Assembly: GCF_001194135.2 (NCBI RefSeq)
Contig: NC_068998.1
Span: 13,928,259-13,992,258 of the forward strand
Reading direction: 5' to 3'
DNA: 64,000 bases
Origin: Octopus bimaculoides
Taxonomy: Eukaryota
A program made the position numbers and the translations under genes. Positions 13,915 to 24,105 of the stretch are shown here, one piece after another. A model generated the notes under the pieces. The model worked only from the letters and a program-made list of their open reading frames with translations. It was not told the DNA's origin and did not search any database. Within the stretch, counting starts at the first letter, position 1. The number at the start of each line of letters is the position of its first letter.

Positions 13915-14066
13915 ATGACCTCTTCTGGCCAAAACATTGCCTGGAAGAAGGTGGAGAAACCATTAAAGTACAAGGATCTTGAAATTGAAATAAGCAGGAC
14001 GATGTGGCGCATGGTGGCATGAAAGTGACAACAATAACAATGACAAATCGAGTTCTTGGTATAATA
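13915..14066 (+). pseudogene. Fragment of a non-LTR retrotransposon C-terminus (restriction-like endonuclease clade, R4/NeSL-like)
   Basis: GQNIAWKKVEKPLKYKDLEIEISRTMW / GMKVTTI...VLGII resembles the EK..KY.DL.IEI.RMW..KT..IP...GALG motif. Confidence 0.6.
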
Positions 14067-14523
14067 ATAATAATAATAATTCTTTCTACTATTGGCACAA
14101 AGCCTGAAATTTTGGCGGGGAGGATAGTCGAATACATCGGCCCCTGTACTCCATTGGTACTTATTTTATCAACCCCCAAAAGGTTGAAAGGCAAAGATGA
14201 TCCCAGCATAATTTGAACTCAGAATATGAAGATGGATGAAATACTGCCAAGCATTTTGCAGCATGCTTACGATTCAGCCAGCTCACCACCTTAATAATAA
14301 TGATAATAATAATAATAATAATGATAATAATAATTCTTTCTACTGGAAGCGCAAGGCCTCAAATTTGGAGGAAGGGATTAAGTCGATTACATTGACCTCA
14401 GTGCATAACTGGTTCTTATTTAATCAACTCTAGCGGAATTTGAACTCAGAATGTAGCAACAGACAAAATACCGCTAAGCATTTCACCCGGCATGCTAACG
14501 ATTCTGCTAGCTCGCTGCCTTAA

Positions 14524-14561
<38 letters not shown>

Positions 14562-14744
14562 TCCTTTCTGCTATAGGCACAAGGCCTGAAATTTGGGGTG
14601 GGGGGATAAGTCAATTACATCGACCCCGGTGTGTAACTGGTACTTATTTCATTGACCCCCAAATGGATGAAAGGCAAAGTCGACCTCGGTGGAATTTGTA
14701 TAACAATAACAACAATAATAATAACAATAAACAATAAAAGCACA

Positions 14745-16140
14745 AAAAAAATTGCAGTGACAGGACGATTTTGTATTATCATTGCAGTGGCTCGAAAATG
14801 TCTATCGCTGTCATGATGTAACAATGTTGGATTACTACAATGTTGTGATAACAATGTGTCCTTGCTAAGGTATAACATCATTGTGTCACCATAGCCAATA
14901 TGACAATGTATCATTGCAGGTGTGTGACAACAATGTATTACTACAGTGATGGGACAATGTTGTAACTGCAGAGGTGTGACAATACTATATTACTGAAGTG
15001 GTGTTACAACAACATATCATTGTAGAGGTATGACAATATTGTATCACTGTAAGGTGTGACAACAAAGTTTCCTTGCAATAGTGTGATATCATTGTATCAC
15101 CATAGTGGTGTGACACTGCTGTACCATTGCAGTGAAATGGCAATCCTGTAATGCAGTAGTAGTTTCATAATATGGTATCATTGAAGTGATGTGACTATAA
15201 TATTATTGCAGTAATTATGATCATTATCATTAACACCTGGATATTAGTCTCAAGCCCAAGGATTCGTACAGTTAGGTACCTGGTTTTAATATAAGGGACC
15301 GAGATCACAACATTACCATTGAACAGGATGCAAGTCTGTTGTAGGGTTACTTATTAAGAGCTGAATGAATTGGAACAAGAAACGATGTGCTTTGCTCTAG
15401 AACACAATGCACTTCCCAGTCCAGGAATTGAAACCACAATCTTCTGACAGTGAGTGCAGCGCCCTAACAACAAGACCACTACAGTGATAATATTGTATTA
15501 CTGCAGAGGTATGATTGAATACAGGAGAAGAATGGCACATATGAGATGGTAGGTAGGTAGGTAGATAGGTAGGTAGATAGATAGATAGAGAGAGAGAGAG
15601 AGTGAGAGAGACAGACAGACAGATTGATAGGTATGTATGTATTCACATACTGACATTGCAACACTTTGACAACACAGTGAAACATATCTATATTGCAGTG
15701 ACATTATGATATACTAAAAAAAAGAAAAATAAATAAAATTGCAAGTAATATGAAAATATATATGCTAACATTGCGATGGTGAGATAATAAAAAAATGAAA
15801 TAATACATGAACATCAAAGCAGTGAGACATTATTATATAAACACAGCAACACGACATGCATTCATATGGAACATTACATTACAGTAACATTGGTGTAAAA
15901 ATATAATACAACACTAAGTTTATACGGGTGTGAGAGTATTATGCAATGAGACCTTGACTATGTTATATCTAGGCAAAATGGCAAGACAGTAAAGTGTAAC
16001 AATACAATAGGGTGACAATACAGTGTGACAAGCCTACGTTGTGGTAATGTATTAACTGATGTGATGGCAGTATAGCATTGCAGTGGTGGGATGCGACAAC
16101 ACAGTACAATGTTATGGTAACATTGTAATGTGCTAATGTT
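14745..16140. repeat. Degenerate 26-27-bp minisatellite (GGTGTGACAAyaTTGTATcACTGcAG-like), interrupted by SINE and microsatellite
   Basis: Recurrent GTGTGACAA...GTAT...CAGT phrases at about 26-27 bp spacing. Confidence 0.6.
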
Positions 16141-16429
16141 AAGTATCAGCACAGGTAAAATTAGGTTTTGGTATTGAAATAAAAATAAGAATCATGTGAC
16201 AATATAAACTAACAACATGAGCAGGCATGGTAAAGCATGGGCATGGCTGTGTGCTAAGAAATTAGCTTTCCGACCACATGGCTTCGGGTTCAGTTCTGCT
16301 GTGTGACACTTTGGATAAGTGCCTTCTACTATATAGCCCCTGGGAAAACCAAAGCCTAGTGAATAGATTTGGTAGACAGAAACTGAAAGAAGCCCATAGT
16401 TTGTGTGTGTGTGTGTATATGTTATATAT

Positions 16430-16463
<34 letters not shown>

Positions 16464-16622
16464 TCATCATCATCGTTTAACGTCCGCTTTCCATGCTAGC
16501 ATGGGTTGGACGATTTGACTGAGGACTGGTGAAACCGGATGGCAACACCAGGCTCCAGTCTAATTTGGCAGAGTTTCTACAGCTGGATGCCCTTCCGAAC
16601 GCCAACCACTCAGAGAGTGTAG

Positions 16623-16653
<31 letters not shown>

Positions 16654-16855
16654 GCATGGCTGTGTGGTTAGGAAGCTTGCTTCCAAGCTACATGGTTTTG
16701 GGTTCAGTCCCACCGCGTGGCACCTTGGGCAAATGTCTTCTGCTATAGCCCCGGGCTGACTGAAGCCTTGTGATTGAATTTGGTAGGCGGAAGTTACTGC
16801 CGTGTGTGTATATGTCTGTGTATGTGCTTGTGCCTCTCTCCCAGTGAGTGAGAGG

Positions 16856-16900
<45 letters not shown>

Positions 16901-17672
16901 ATATATATGTTTGTGTCTTTGTGTATGTATCTGTCCACTCACTGCTTGACAACTGGCGTCAAAAGAGACTGACAGAATAAGTACCAGGCTTTATAAAAAT
17001 AAGTACTAGGGTCAATTTGTTCAATTAAATCCCTTCAGGACAGTACCTCAATATGGCTGCAATCCAATGACTGAAACAAGTAAAAGAAACATGCTAGCAA
17101 CAGACTTATATCACATCATGAGAGCACTGCAATGGGAAAGTGGCATGCGATGTGACAGTATGTTAAACACTGTGTCAAAACCTATAGCAATCAGACAATA
17201 TGTTGATGTTATAGTGACATGAAGACAGATTTAAAGCTGTACTATGAATGTTATACAGTAGTTTGGAGTTTCAACGTTAGTACAAACATATAGTCATGAC
17301 TTTTACCCAGTGTATGAAAATCTATACCAACATTACATAGCATAACAGGTAGGGGACATAATCTATAACATCAGCCCTGTAAGAAATCGAGGCAAAGTTA
17401 GCCTTGGTGGGACTGGAACTCAAGAAATAATATGTAACATTGAAAGAGGTTTTGCGAAGCTATGATGAGTCAGCAGAAATGGTAAAGCAACATTTACTAG
17501 TCTCATATCTCTTTAATTCATTCTGACATCAAATTCAACAAAAGTTGCAACCTTTACCTTTTATTACACCAGAGTTTGTAAATTAATCCATTATCAGTAA
17601 TTATTATAAAATCAATTCAACTGATATCTCTGTCTGTTTGTCTGTCTGTCTGTCTGTATGTATGTATGTATA

Positions 17673-17892
17673 CTTTATTAAAAAGCAGCAGAAATATCAC
17701 AAAAACTATTACTCAGAGTTTCACGTGCCCATTCGTCGGACAAAACTGTCTGACGAATAGGAACGTGAAACTCTGAGTAACAGTTTTTTGTTATATATTT
17801 CTGCTGCTTTTTAATAAAGCATATTACTCTACCTCTGGTATTCGAGTCCTATTTTTTCCACCGTCTTTCACATTTATGTGCTTACTCCGGTA
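17673..17892. mobile_element. Fold-back element (IR 17673-17819, about 70-bp arms, 4-nt loop) with hammerhead plus unique tail; Penelope-like pLTR candidate
   Basis: CTTTATTAAAAAGCAGCAGAAATAT ... ATATTTCTGCTGCTTTTTAATAAAG. The Penelope link is inferred from the minimal hammerhead. Confidence 0.6.
17742..17787 (+). ncRNA. Minimal type I hammerhead ribozyme, predicted cleavage after A17779 (GUA)
   Basis: AAAACTGT-CTGACGA-ATA GGAA CGT-GAA-ACTCTGAGT-A-ACAGTTTT. Core intact, helix I a perfect 8 bp, palindromic helix III, weak helix II. Confidence 0.7.
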
Positions 17893-19186
17893 TATATATA
17901 TATATGTGTGTGTGTGTGTTGAATTTAACCTTGTGCCTAGTCTCACAAAAAATTCCATATTATATGACAGTAATATAAAACAGTCAACACCTAGTTAGTA
18001 TGCATCAGTTCAATATAGAATCTATGCACTGCATCCTTATGGTAATATTTGCTAATACTAAATTGCTGTAAATTTTCTGTACTATATCCCTGTGGTATTT
18101 CAATGCTGAGTCAATATGAGGAGTCAACACTCGACCAATGAGAAGTGTTATCATGGTAAGTCAGTAGTTAATGATGAATGTGATGTATCAATAAATAAGA
18201 AATGTCGCATGTTAATATGAGCATCACTGTAACATATCTCAGCACTTGGTGAATGAGACATGAGCAAAAGTATGTTCTAGTAAAAACATGTCAACAAAAA
18301 TATGAAGTTGTCAGGAGGGTTGGTATGTAATATCAACTCTAAAATGATGTAAAATAATTACTTTCACAAGGCCGGTGCAAAGCTATTTCAGTAGCACACC
18401 ACTGCAAAGTTAATTCAACATTGAATTTAGAAACCAAGTACTCTTAATATTTGACACTGCACTGAAGCCAAAAAATTTCTACATTACACTAATGATGTCA
18501 AGCAGGCTGTTCTGTTGATCAGAGCAACTGGAACACCTATCATTGTAACTGACAGAGTGCCAGTTTATAGGTACAATCCATTAAACGGGCCTCTATACAG
18601 TTTTATCACCTTTCCCTGAGCCCCAGAACTTAGAAAGTTGGAGGTTAGCTCAATTTCCATGACATATAAGTGACTGAGATTACAACATTCCCCACTGGAC
18701 AGGATGCTAGTCCATCGCAGGGTTAACTTCCCTGCTATGAATGGAAATCATTTACAACTGAGTGAACCCGAACATGAAATTAAGTGATTGGCTCAAGAAC
18801 ACAATACATCACCCAGTCCAGGAATCAAAACCATAATCTCATAGCCATGAGTGCAACCCCTAACCATCAGGCCACATGCCTTCCATCCCTCTAAACAGTT
18901 TCCATTTATTCAATTTCACTCACAAGATAACGGTTGACCTGAGGCTATAGAAAATGACATTTGCTCAAGATGCTACAGAATGGGACTAAACTCAGGACCT
19001 CCTGATTGCAGAACAAACATCTTAACCATTCAGCCAAACTGTGCCTATAGTTTAATACTGCATCAGCTGCAGATCAGTTTTATGGTGTGTTATCATCAAA
19101 CACTTTTGACATTGAGCTAGTGGCAAATGATATTGCCACTGCGTCATTATCGAAAGTCATTTTCACACTGCATTATTGTTGCAAAA

Positions 19187-19569
19187 GTGGAGGCGCAATG
19201 GCCCAGTGGTTAGGGCAGTGGACTCACAGTCATAGGATCATGGTTTCGATTCCCAGACCGGGCGTTGTGAGTGTTTATTGAGCGAAAACACCTAAAGCTC
19301 CACGAGGCTCCGGCAGGGTATGCTGGTGAACCCTGCTGTACTCTTTCACCACAACTTTCTCTCACTCTTACTTCCTGTTTCTGTTGTGCCTGTAATTCAA
19401 AGGGTCAGCCTTGTCACACTGTGTCACGCTGAATATCCCCAAGAACTACGTTAAGGGTACACGTGTCTGTGGAGTGCTCAGCCACTTACACATTAATTTC
19501 ATGAGCAGGCTGTTCCGTTGATCGGATCGACTGGAACCCTCGACGTCGTAAGCGACGGAGTGCCAACAA
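19187..19569 (+). mobile_element. SINE family B (tRNA-like head, (AAC)n-type tail) with 11-bp TSD ATTGTTGCAAA
   Basis: TSD at 19175-19185 and 19570-19580; near-identical to 41689-42077. Confidence 0.92.
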
Positions 19570-20253
19570 ATTGTTGCAAACCAGTTTGACATCAAATTAT
19601 TAATAAAAAGCCCTATTGACTCTGCATATATTTCTCAAAATATTTTAAAACTGTGTTATTGTGATAACAATATACAGGTAAATAATTGCCTAATATGATA
19701 AAGACAGGTTTGTAAGGTAGTTGACTGCTATTTTATATTTAGTTTAAGTTAACTGAGCAGAGTATACTATTATGTATATAATTTTTATTAGCTTAAATGA
19801 GCATTAAAAATATATTTCATTAACAATCTAAACCTATCATTTAGCTTGGCTGAGATAGATATATTCTTAGTTGCTGAAAACAAGTAGTTTTGATTGAAAA
19901 TATACAACAATACTGATTTTATACGAAAAGATAAAACATTAAAATTGCATGACACGTTTCATAAGATCAATAAAAACAGGAAATTAGATTACTAAAGTAT
20001 GTGTAGCTTATTGAGGACATGATGGTGATGATGAAGATGATGTCAATAATATTAATAATAACAATTATTGAAATAGTAATAATAATAAATTATTGATGAT
20101 TGTGATTTTCCTATTTAGGCAAGAAACCTGAAGCTATCAGAAGAAACAGGAAGTTGTGATGTCGGTTAGCCACATCAGCAGTTTCAATTGGAAATCAAAA
20201 CTGTGTACTAGACTTGGATCACCAAGAATTTAACACCATACACAGCACTCACC

Positions 20254-20284
<31 letters not shown>

Positions 20285-20394
20285 GTAATAATAATAATAA
20301 AATCAATTATCAAAAGTCCTGAGCAAAATATAGTCCAGTCATTTCCTTGAGAGGGTATATTAAAAAAAAAAATATTTCGAATTATAAAGATTTT

Positions 20395-20518
20395 CTAAAG
20401 TGCCTTTGAAGAAAGGCCAGGATTCACTTCAAGAAAGCAGTCATCTACCATTTTTTTACAATAATGATGGAAAAGCTGTTCACCCTTTTTAATTGCATCA
20501 TCTAGATTGATTTTTATG
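20395..20518 (-). CDS. TBC RabGAP last exon K (S-IKINLDDAIKKGEQLFHHYCKKMVDDCFLEVNPGLSSKAL*)
   Basis: ctttcttttcag|C; phase 2 matches; TAG at 20395-20397. Confidence 0.9.
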
Positions 20519-20956
20519 CTGAAAAGAAAGAAAAAAAACAGTAAGGATTCTTATGTTAAAATAATATAGAATTATACAAATTAATTACAAAAAAAAAAAA
20601 ATTTGAAAATTTACAAAGAGTAATAAATTATTTTGTCCAAGTGAGGGAAAGAAGAAGTGTAATGTTTTGAATAAGAGCTTTCATAAAAGAGCGATAAAAT
20701 ATATTTTACTGATTATCACCATTGTTTTACATTATGGCAAAACACAGAGAATGGCTTTCTTACTGGTTCAAATATGCAACAAGCATATTCAAACAGGTAA
20801 GAACCTTGTATTTATACTAATCACTTCTTATTGCTACCACCCCATAATTTGTTTGCAGTGAGTTGCTGATTAGCACAACCAGTCGTCGTACAATGATGGA
20901 AATATCATAAGAGTGACAATCTCTCTTATCAGCTCACAGTGCACCCTGTCTGGTTT

Positions 20957-21004
20957 CTGTGGCTGAAGAGGAGATAATCACTCTGAAATGCTTGCATCTC
21001 ACAG
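20957..21004 (+). ncRNA. Type I hammerhead ribozyme, complete core, predicted cleavage after C20998 (AUC)
   Basis: CTGTGG-CTGAAGA-GGAG ATAATCA CTCT-GAA-ATG CTTG CAT-C-TCACAG. All conserved core nucleotides present and three helices pair (helix I 6 bp, II 4 bp, III 3 bp closed by a CUUG tetraloop). Confidence 0.8.
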
Positions 21005-21178
21005 TCTGGGTAGGTGGCACTGTGAGCTGATTTTAAGTGTATTTACGCCATTTGTCTACAACAAGGAATGTTTTTTTTAAACATCTTTTTAATACCCTTT
21101 CCTCATATTGACAAGAGTTGGGCAGGTTTTCAAAATTCAAATACATCAATGTCAGATGTAATTTAAACACTGACTGAC

Positions 21179-21320
21179 CTATTCATTCCAACATATATAT
21201 CTTCTAATGACGTCCAGTTAAATATTTCCTCTCGCAATTCAAGTAAAAGAGCAGCACACATGAAGATGTCAAATGAGTAGGGTGGCTTATCCATCGAAGA
21301 CACCATTCGTAGAGTACCTC
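21179..21320 (-). CDS. TBC RabGAP exon J (G-GTLRMVSSMDKPPYSFDIFMCAALLLELREEIFNWTSLEDIYVGMN-S)
   Basis: ttcattgcag|GA...AG|gtcagt; 142 nt, phase 1 to 2; F..F.CAA.L...R motif. Confidence 0.9.
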
Positions 21321-21724
21321 CTGCAATGAAAATAAGAATTTAACACTTCAGCATTCAGATTTATTTATCAAATGTAATGCTTATTTATTTGCATTGTTTT
21401 GGAATTAATCTTACATTACCTTGAAGCTTTCAGATTTTGATGATGTAAATTGCTTAGTTTTAGAATGACATTGTACGGTGGGTGTGAGAGACCAGGCTTA
21501 TCCCATTTGAACATAAAGAATGTAGAATATCTGGGCCTGATATAGCTGATTTAAATGCTAAAGACTTAATTAACTATAACCATTTACTTAGAGGTTTTTA
21601 CTTTATCAGCTGCACTTATCTTATTTAAACAACAAGAGTGACGGTCGGTATGTACACTTTACAAAACCATATTCAATTATACATACTAATCATTAAATTT
21701 ACTATTAAGTCCACCTTACTAACA

Positions 21725-22014
21725 TCGAGCGAGATCGTTGCCAGTGCCCCTGGACTGGCTCTTGTGCGGGTGGCACATAAAATACACCATTTTGAGCGTG
21801 GCCGTTGCCAGTACCGCCTGACTGGCCCTCGTGCGGGTGACACGTAAAAAAACCCACTACACTCTCTGAGTGGTTGGCATTAGGGAGGGCATCCAACTGT
21901 AGAAACTCTGCCAAATCAGATTGGAGCCTGGTGTTGCCATCCGGTTTCACCAGTCCTCAGTCAAATCGTCCAACCCATGCTAGCATGGAAAGCAGACGTT
22001 AAACGATGATGATG
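21725..22014 (+). mobile_element. Retroposon family D (5'-truncated, (GAT)n tail; RTE-like 3' end) with a 139-bp flanking duplication
   Basis: Shared 3' end ...GCTAGCATGGAAAGCGGACGTTAAACGATGATGAT; flanks 21582-21720 and 22015-22153 are direct repeats. Confidence 0.85.
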
Positions 22015-22616
22015 ATTTACTTAGAGGTTTTTACTTTATCAGCTGCACTTATCTTATTTAAACAATAAGAGTGACAGGCGGTATGTACACTTTACAAAAC
22101 CATATTCAATTATACATACTAATCATTAAATTTACTATTAAGTCCACCTTACTGACAAAATTTAATTTTCATTAGCTGGATATATAAATAATATAAATCA
22201 CCGTAGTCCATTAAACCTTCTTTATCAGCTACATTATGACTTGACATATTAGTGGCTAATAATATGTGCATCTCTGATCATGAGCAGGAGTAGTGGGGAA
22301 GCATTATAGCCATGTGTTGAGAGGGATTCTTTAGGGATTGAATAAATGTAACAAAAACAAAGTTTGAAGGAAATATTAGTCATTTTTCATAGGAAATAAC
22401 AGTTGCTACCCAAGAACAAAAATTGTGTTACTTAGTGTTATACATGTAACGTCTAGACATTGCATATATAAGCCCTCTGTTTCAGTGTTTAAAATTTTCT
22501 CAAAAGCATTTAGTTGGCAGGATAACATGAACTTCTATCAATTTTATTTTCCCTAGAACAGAAAGAAGACATTACAAGTGAGTGGAGTCAAGAGTTCCTG
22601 AAAACAGCAAACTTAC

Positions 22617-22765
22617 CAAAGTCATCAGAATCAAATTTACAGTCTTTCCTACGAATCAATTCTGTTTCGACAGCTGTCAGTTCTAAATGACGACTGTTGA
22701 TGATTTCAAAGCACTTTAGTGAGTCCTCCAAATCAAATTCTCTCTTGAAGCCAACCACAAGCCAC
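22617..22765 (-). CDS. TBC RabGAP exon I (R-WLVVGFKREFDLEDSLKCFEIINSRHLELTAVETELIRRKDCKFDSDDF-G)
   Basis: ttttcctcag|G...G|gtaagt; 149 nt, phase 2 to 1; RW....FKREF motif. Confidence 0.93.
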
Positions 22766-22908
22766 CTGAGGAAAATAAGGCAGGTAAAGTGTTTAGTTCT
22801 TTGCACAATTATGAGAGAGATAGAGAGAGAGAAAGAAAGAGAGAGAGGAGTATACCAAAATAGAAAGGGAGGGAACACAGGGCATTTGAAAATGGAAAGA
22901 AAATTAAT

Positions 22909-23114
22909 GGGTGCTGAAAGTTCCTGGCTTTGGTAAAAGAAAATACAGGAGGATCGGTTAATTATGATTTTATTCAACACATTCCACTCTCAGATTCACA
23001 CACTTATTACAGTAGTTCTTTAGTTTTTCTAAGCTCTGTAAAAGAACTTGGAAGGTTGGGCCTCCAACCAGGCCTTTTGTGATACCCAGCCAGGAACTTT
23101 TCAGCACCCTCTCA
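22909..23114 (-). mobile_element. Mariner-derived MITE, copy 1
   Basis: TIR GGGTGCTGAAA(A)GTTCCTGGCT / AGCCAGGAACTTTTCAGCACCC, then TA; retains the transposase C-terminus (KCVNLR.E.VE*). Confidence 0.8.
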
Positions 23115-23302
23115 TACATTACAGAAGATGGTGCAAGTCTTTGGGTATTAGAAATGTGTGCAAAGTGGGTACTTTGACAGTTAACACCTGATTTGAATGA
23201 GTGAAGTGTGGCAGTCTGCTTTGATCTGCTAAAAGTGCTGGAAACCAAAGAAGACACTTTTTGTTTTGATTTTTTCTTTACCAACCCAGGGATGTAATGT
23301 AG

Positions 23303-23558
23303 GCATATCTTCATGATCTGGAAATAAAGGTTCAGTTCACGGAATGGTTCCACACCTTTCTTCCAAAACCTAACTTCAGGAGTCAGCTATCATTGCAAAA
23401 AGTCATGGCAACTGTTTCAGGGAATGACAAAATCATTCTTCATGATTTTCTCAAATGTGAACAATGAATGGTACATTGAAACACTCAAAAAACTTAGAGA
23501 AACCATCAGAAGGAAGAGACCCAACAAGAGTCTGAAAACAATCCACATTCACCATGAC
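23303..23558 (+). pseudogene. Mariner transposase catalytic-domain fragment, frameshifted
   Basis: AYLHDLEIKVQFTEW...QKVMATV...IILHDFL / VNNEWYIETLKKLRETIRRKRP...IHIHHD matches mariner W.H.YDPE.K.QS.EW, KVMATVFWD and LR.AIRRKRP...HHDNA motifs. Confidence 0.8.
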
Positions 23559-23748
23559 TATATGGCTGCTAGTGCTATTAGAAGCAAGAGTAAAATCTCT
23601 CTGACATCATATCCTATTGCCTTTTAAAGGAAGAATACATTGGATTATGCAATCATAAATATACTGATATTGTGTCTAAAAAAATAAGACTGAGAAGTTA
23701 TAGCCTGCTTGATGAGGGCTAATCTTGGATCTAAAGAACAACAAGATA

Positions 23749-23966
23749 CAAGGGGGTGCTGAAAAGTTCCTGGCTTTAAGGGTATCATGAAAAACCTGGT
23801 TGGAGGCCCAACCTTCTAAGTTCTTTTAAAAGGTTTAGTAAAAAAAGAAGGACTGCTGCAATAAGTATGTGAATTTGAGAGGAGAATATGCTGAATAAAA
23901 TCATAATTAACTGATCCTCCAGTATTTTCTTTTACCCAAAGCCAGGAACTTTACAGCACCCCCTTG
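23749..23966 (+). mobile_element. Mariner-derived MITE, copy 2 (inverted relative to copy 1)
   Basis: TA|CAAGGGGGTGCTG...CAGCACCCCCTTG|TA: TIRs with TA target duplication. Confidence 0.85.
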
Positions 23967-24017
23967 TACAGTTACGAGAAAACACAAAAAAATAACTGTG
24001 TTACTTTGTTAATTTAC

Positions 24018-24105
24018 CTTTGACAACAGACCATACTGAGTTGATATTCCGTCAGGTGACGACGGACCTCTGCATCAACTTCATTCAGCAACTGTTGCAC
24101 TTTAT
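24018..24105 (-). CDS. TBC RabGAP exon H (D-KVQQLLNEVDAEVRRHLTEYQLSMVCCQ-R)
   Basis: ttcattacag|AT...AG|gtaaat; 88 nt, phase 1 to 2; LL..VD.E...HL motif. Confidence 0.92.

Noticed and set aside
16527-16550. CTGAGGA...GAAAC hammerhead-like core in every family D copy
   Set aside because: Only 5 nt (CTGGT) between the core halves, so no helix II, and no NUH site or helix I.
19187-19265. tRNA-like sequences at SINE heads (also 10107, 41689, 55260)
   Set aside because: A/B-box-like heads run straight into SINE bodies with TSDs and lack a complete acceptor stem; not tRNA genes.
21705-21950. Recurrent peptide MKPDGNTRLQSDLAEFLQLDALPNANHSES (also 2861, 16529, 50645)
   Set aside because: Antisense translation of the family D retroposon tail, not a gene family.
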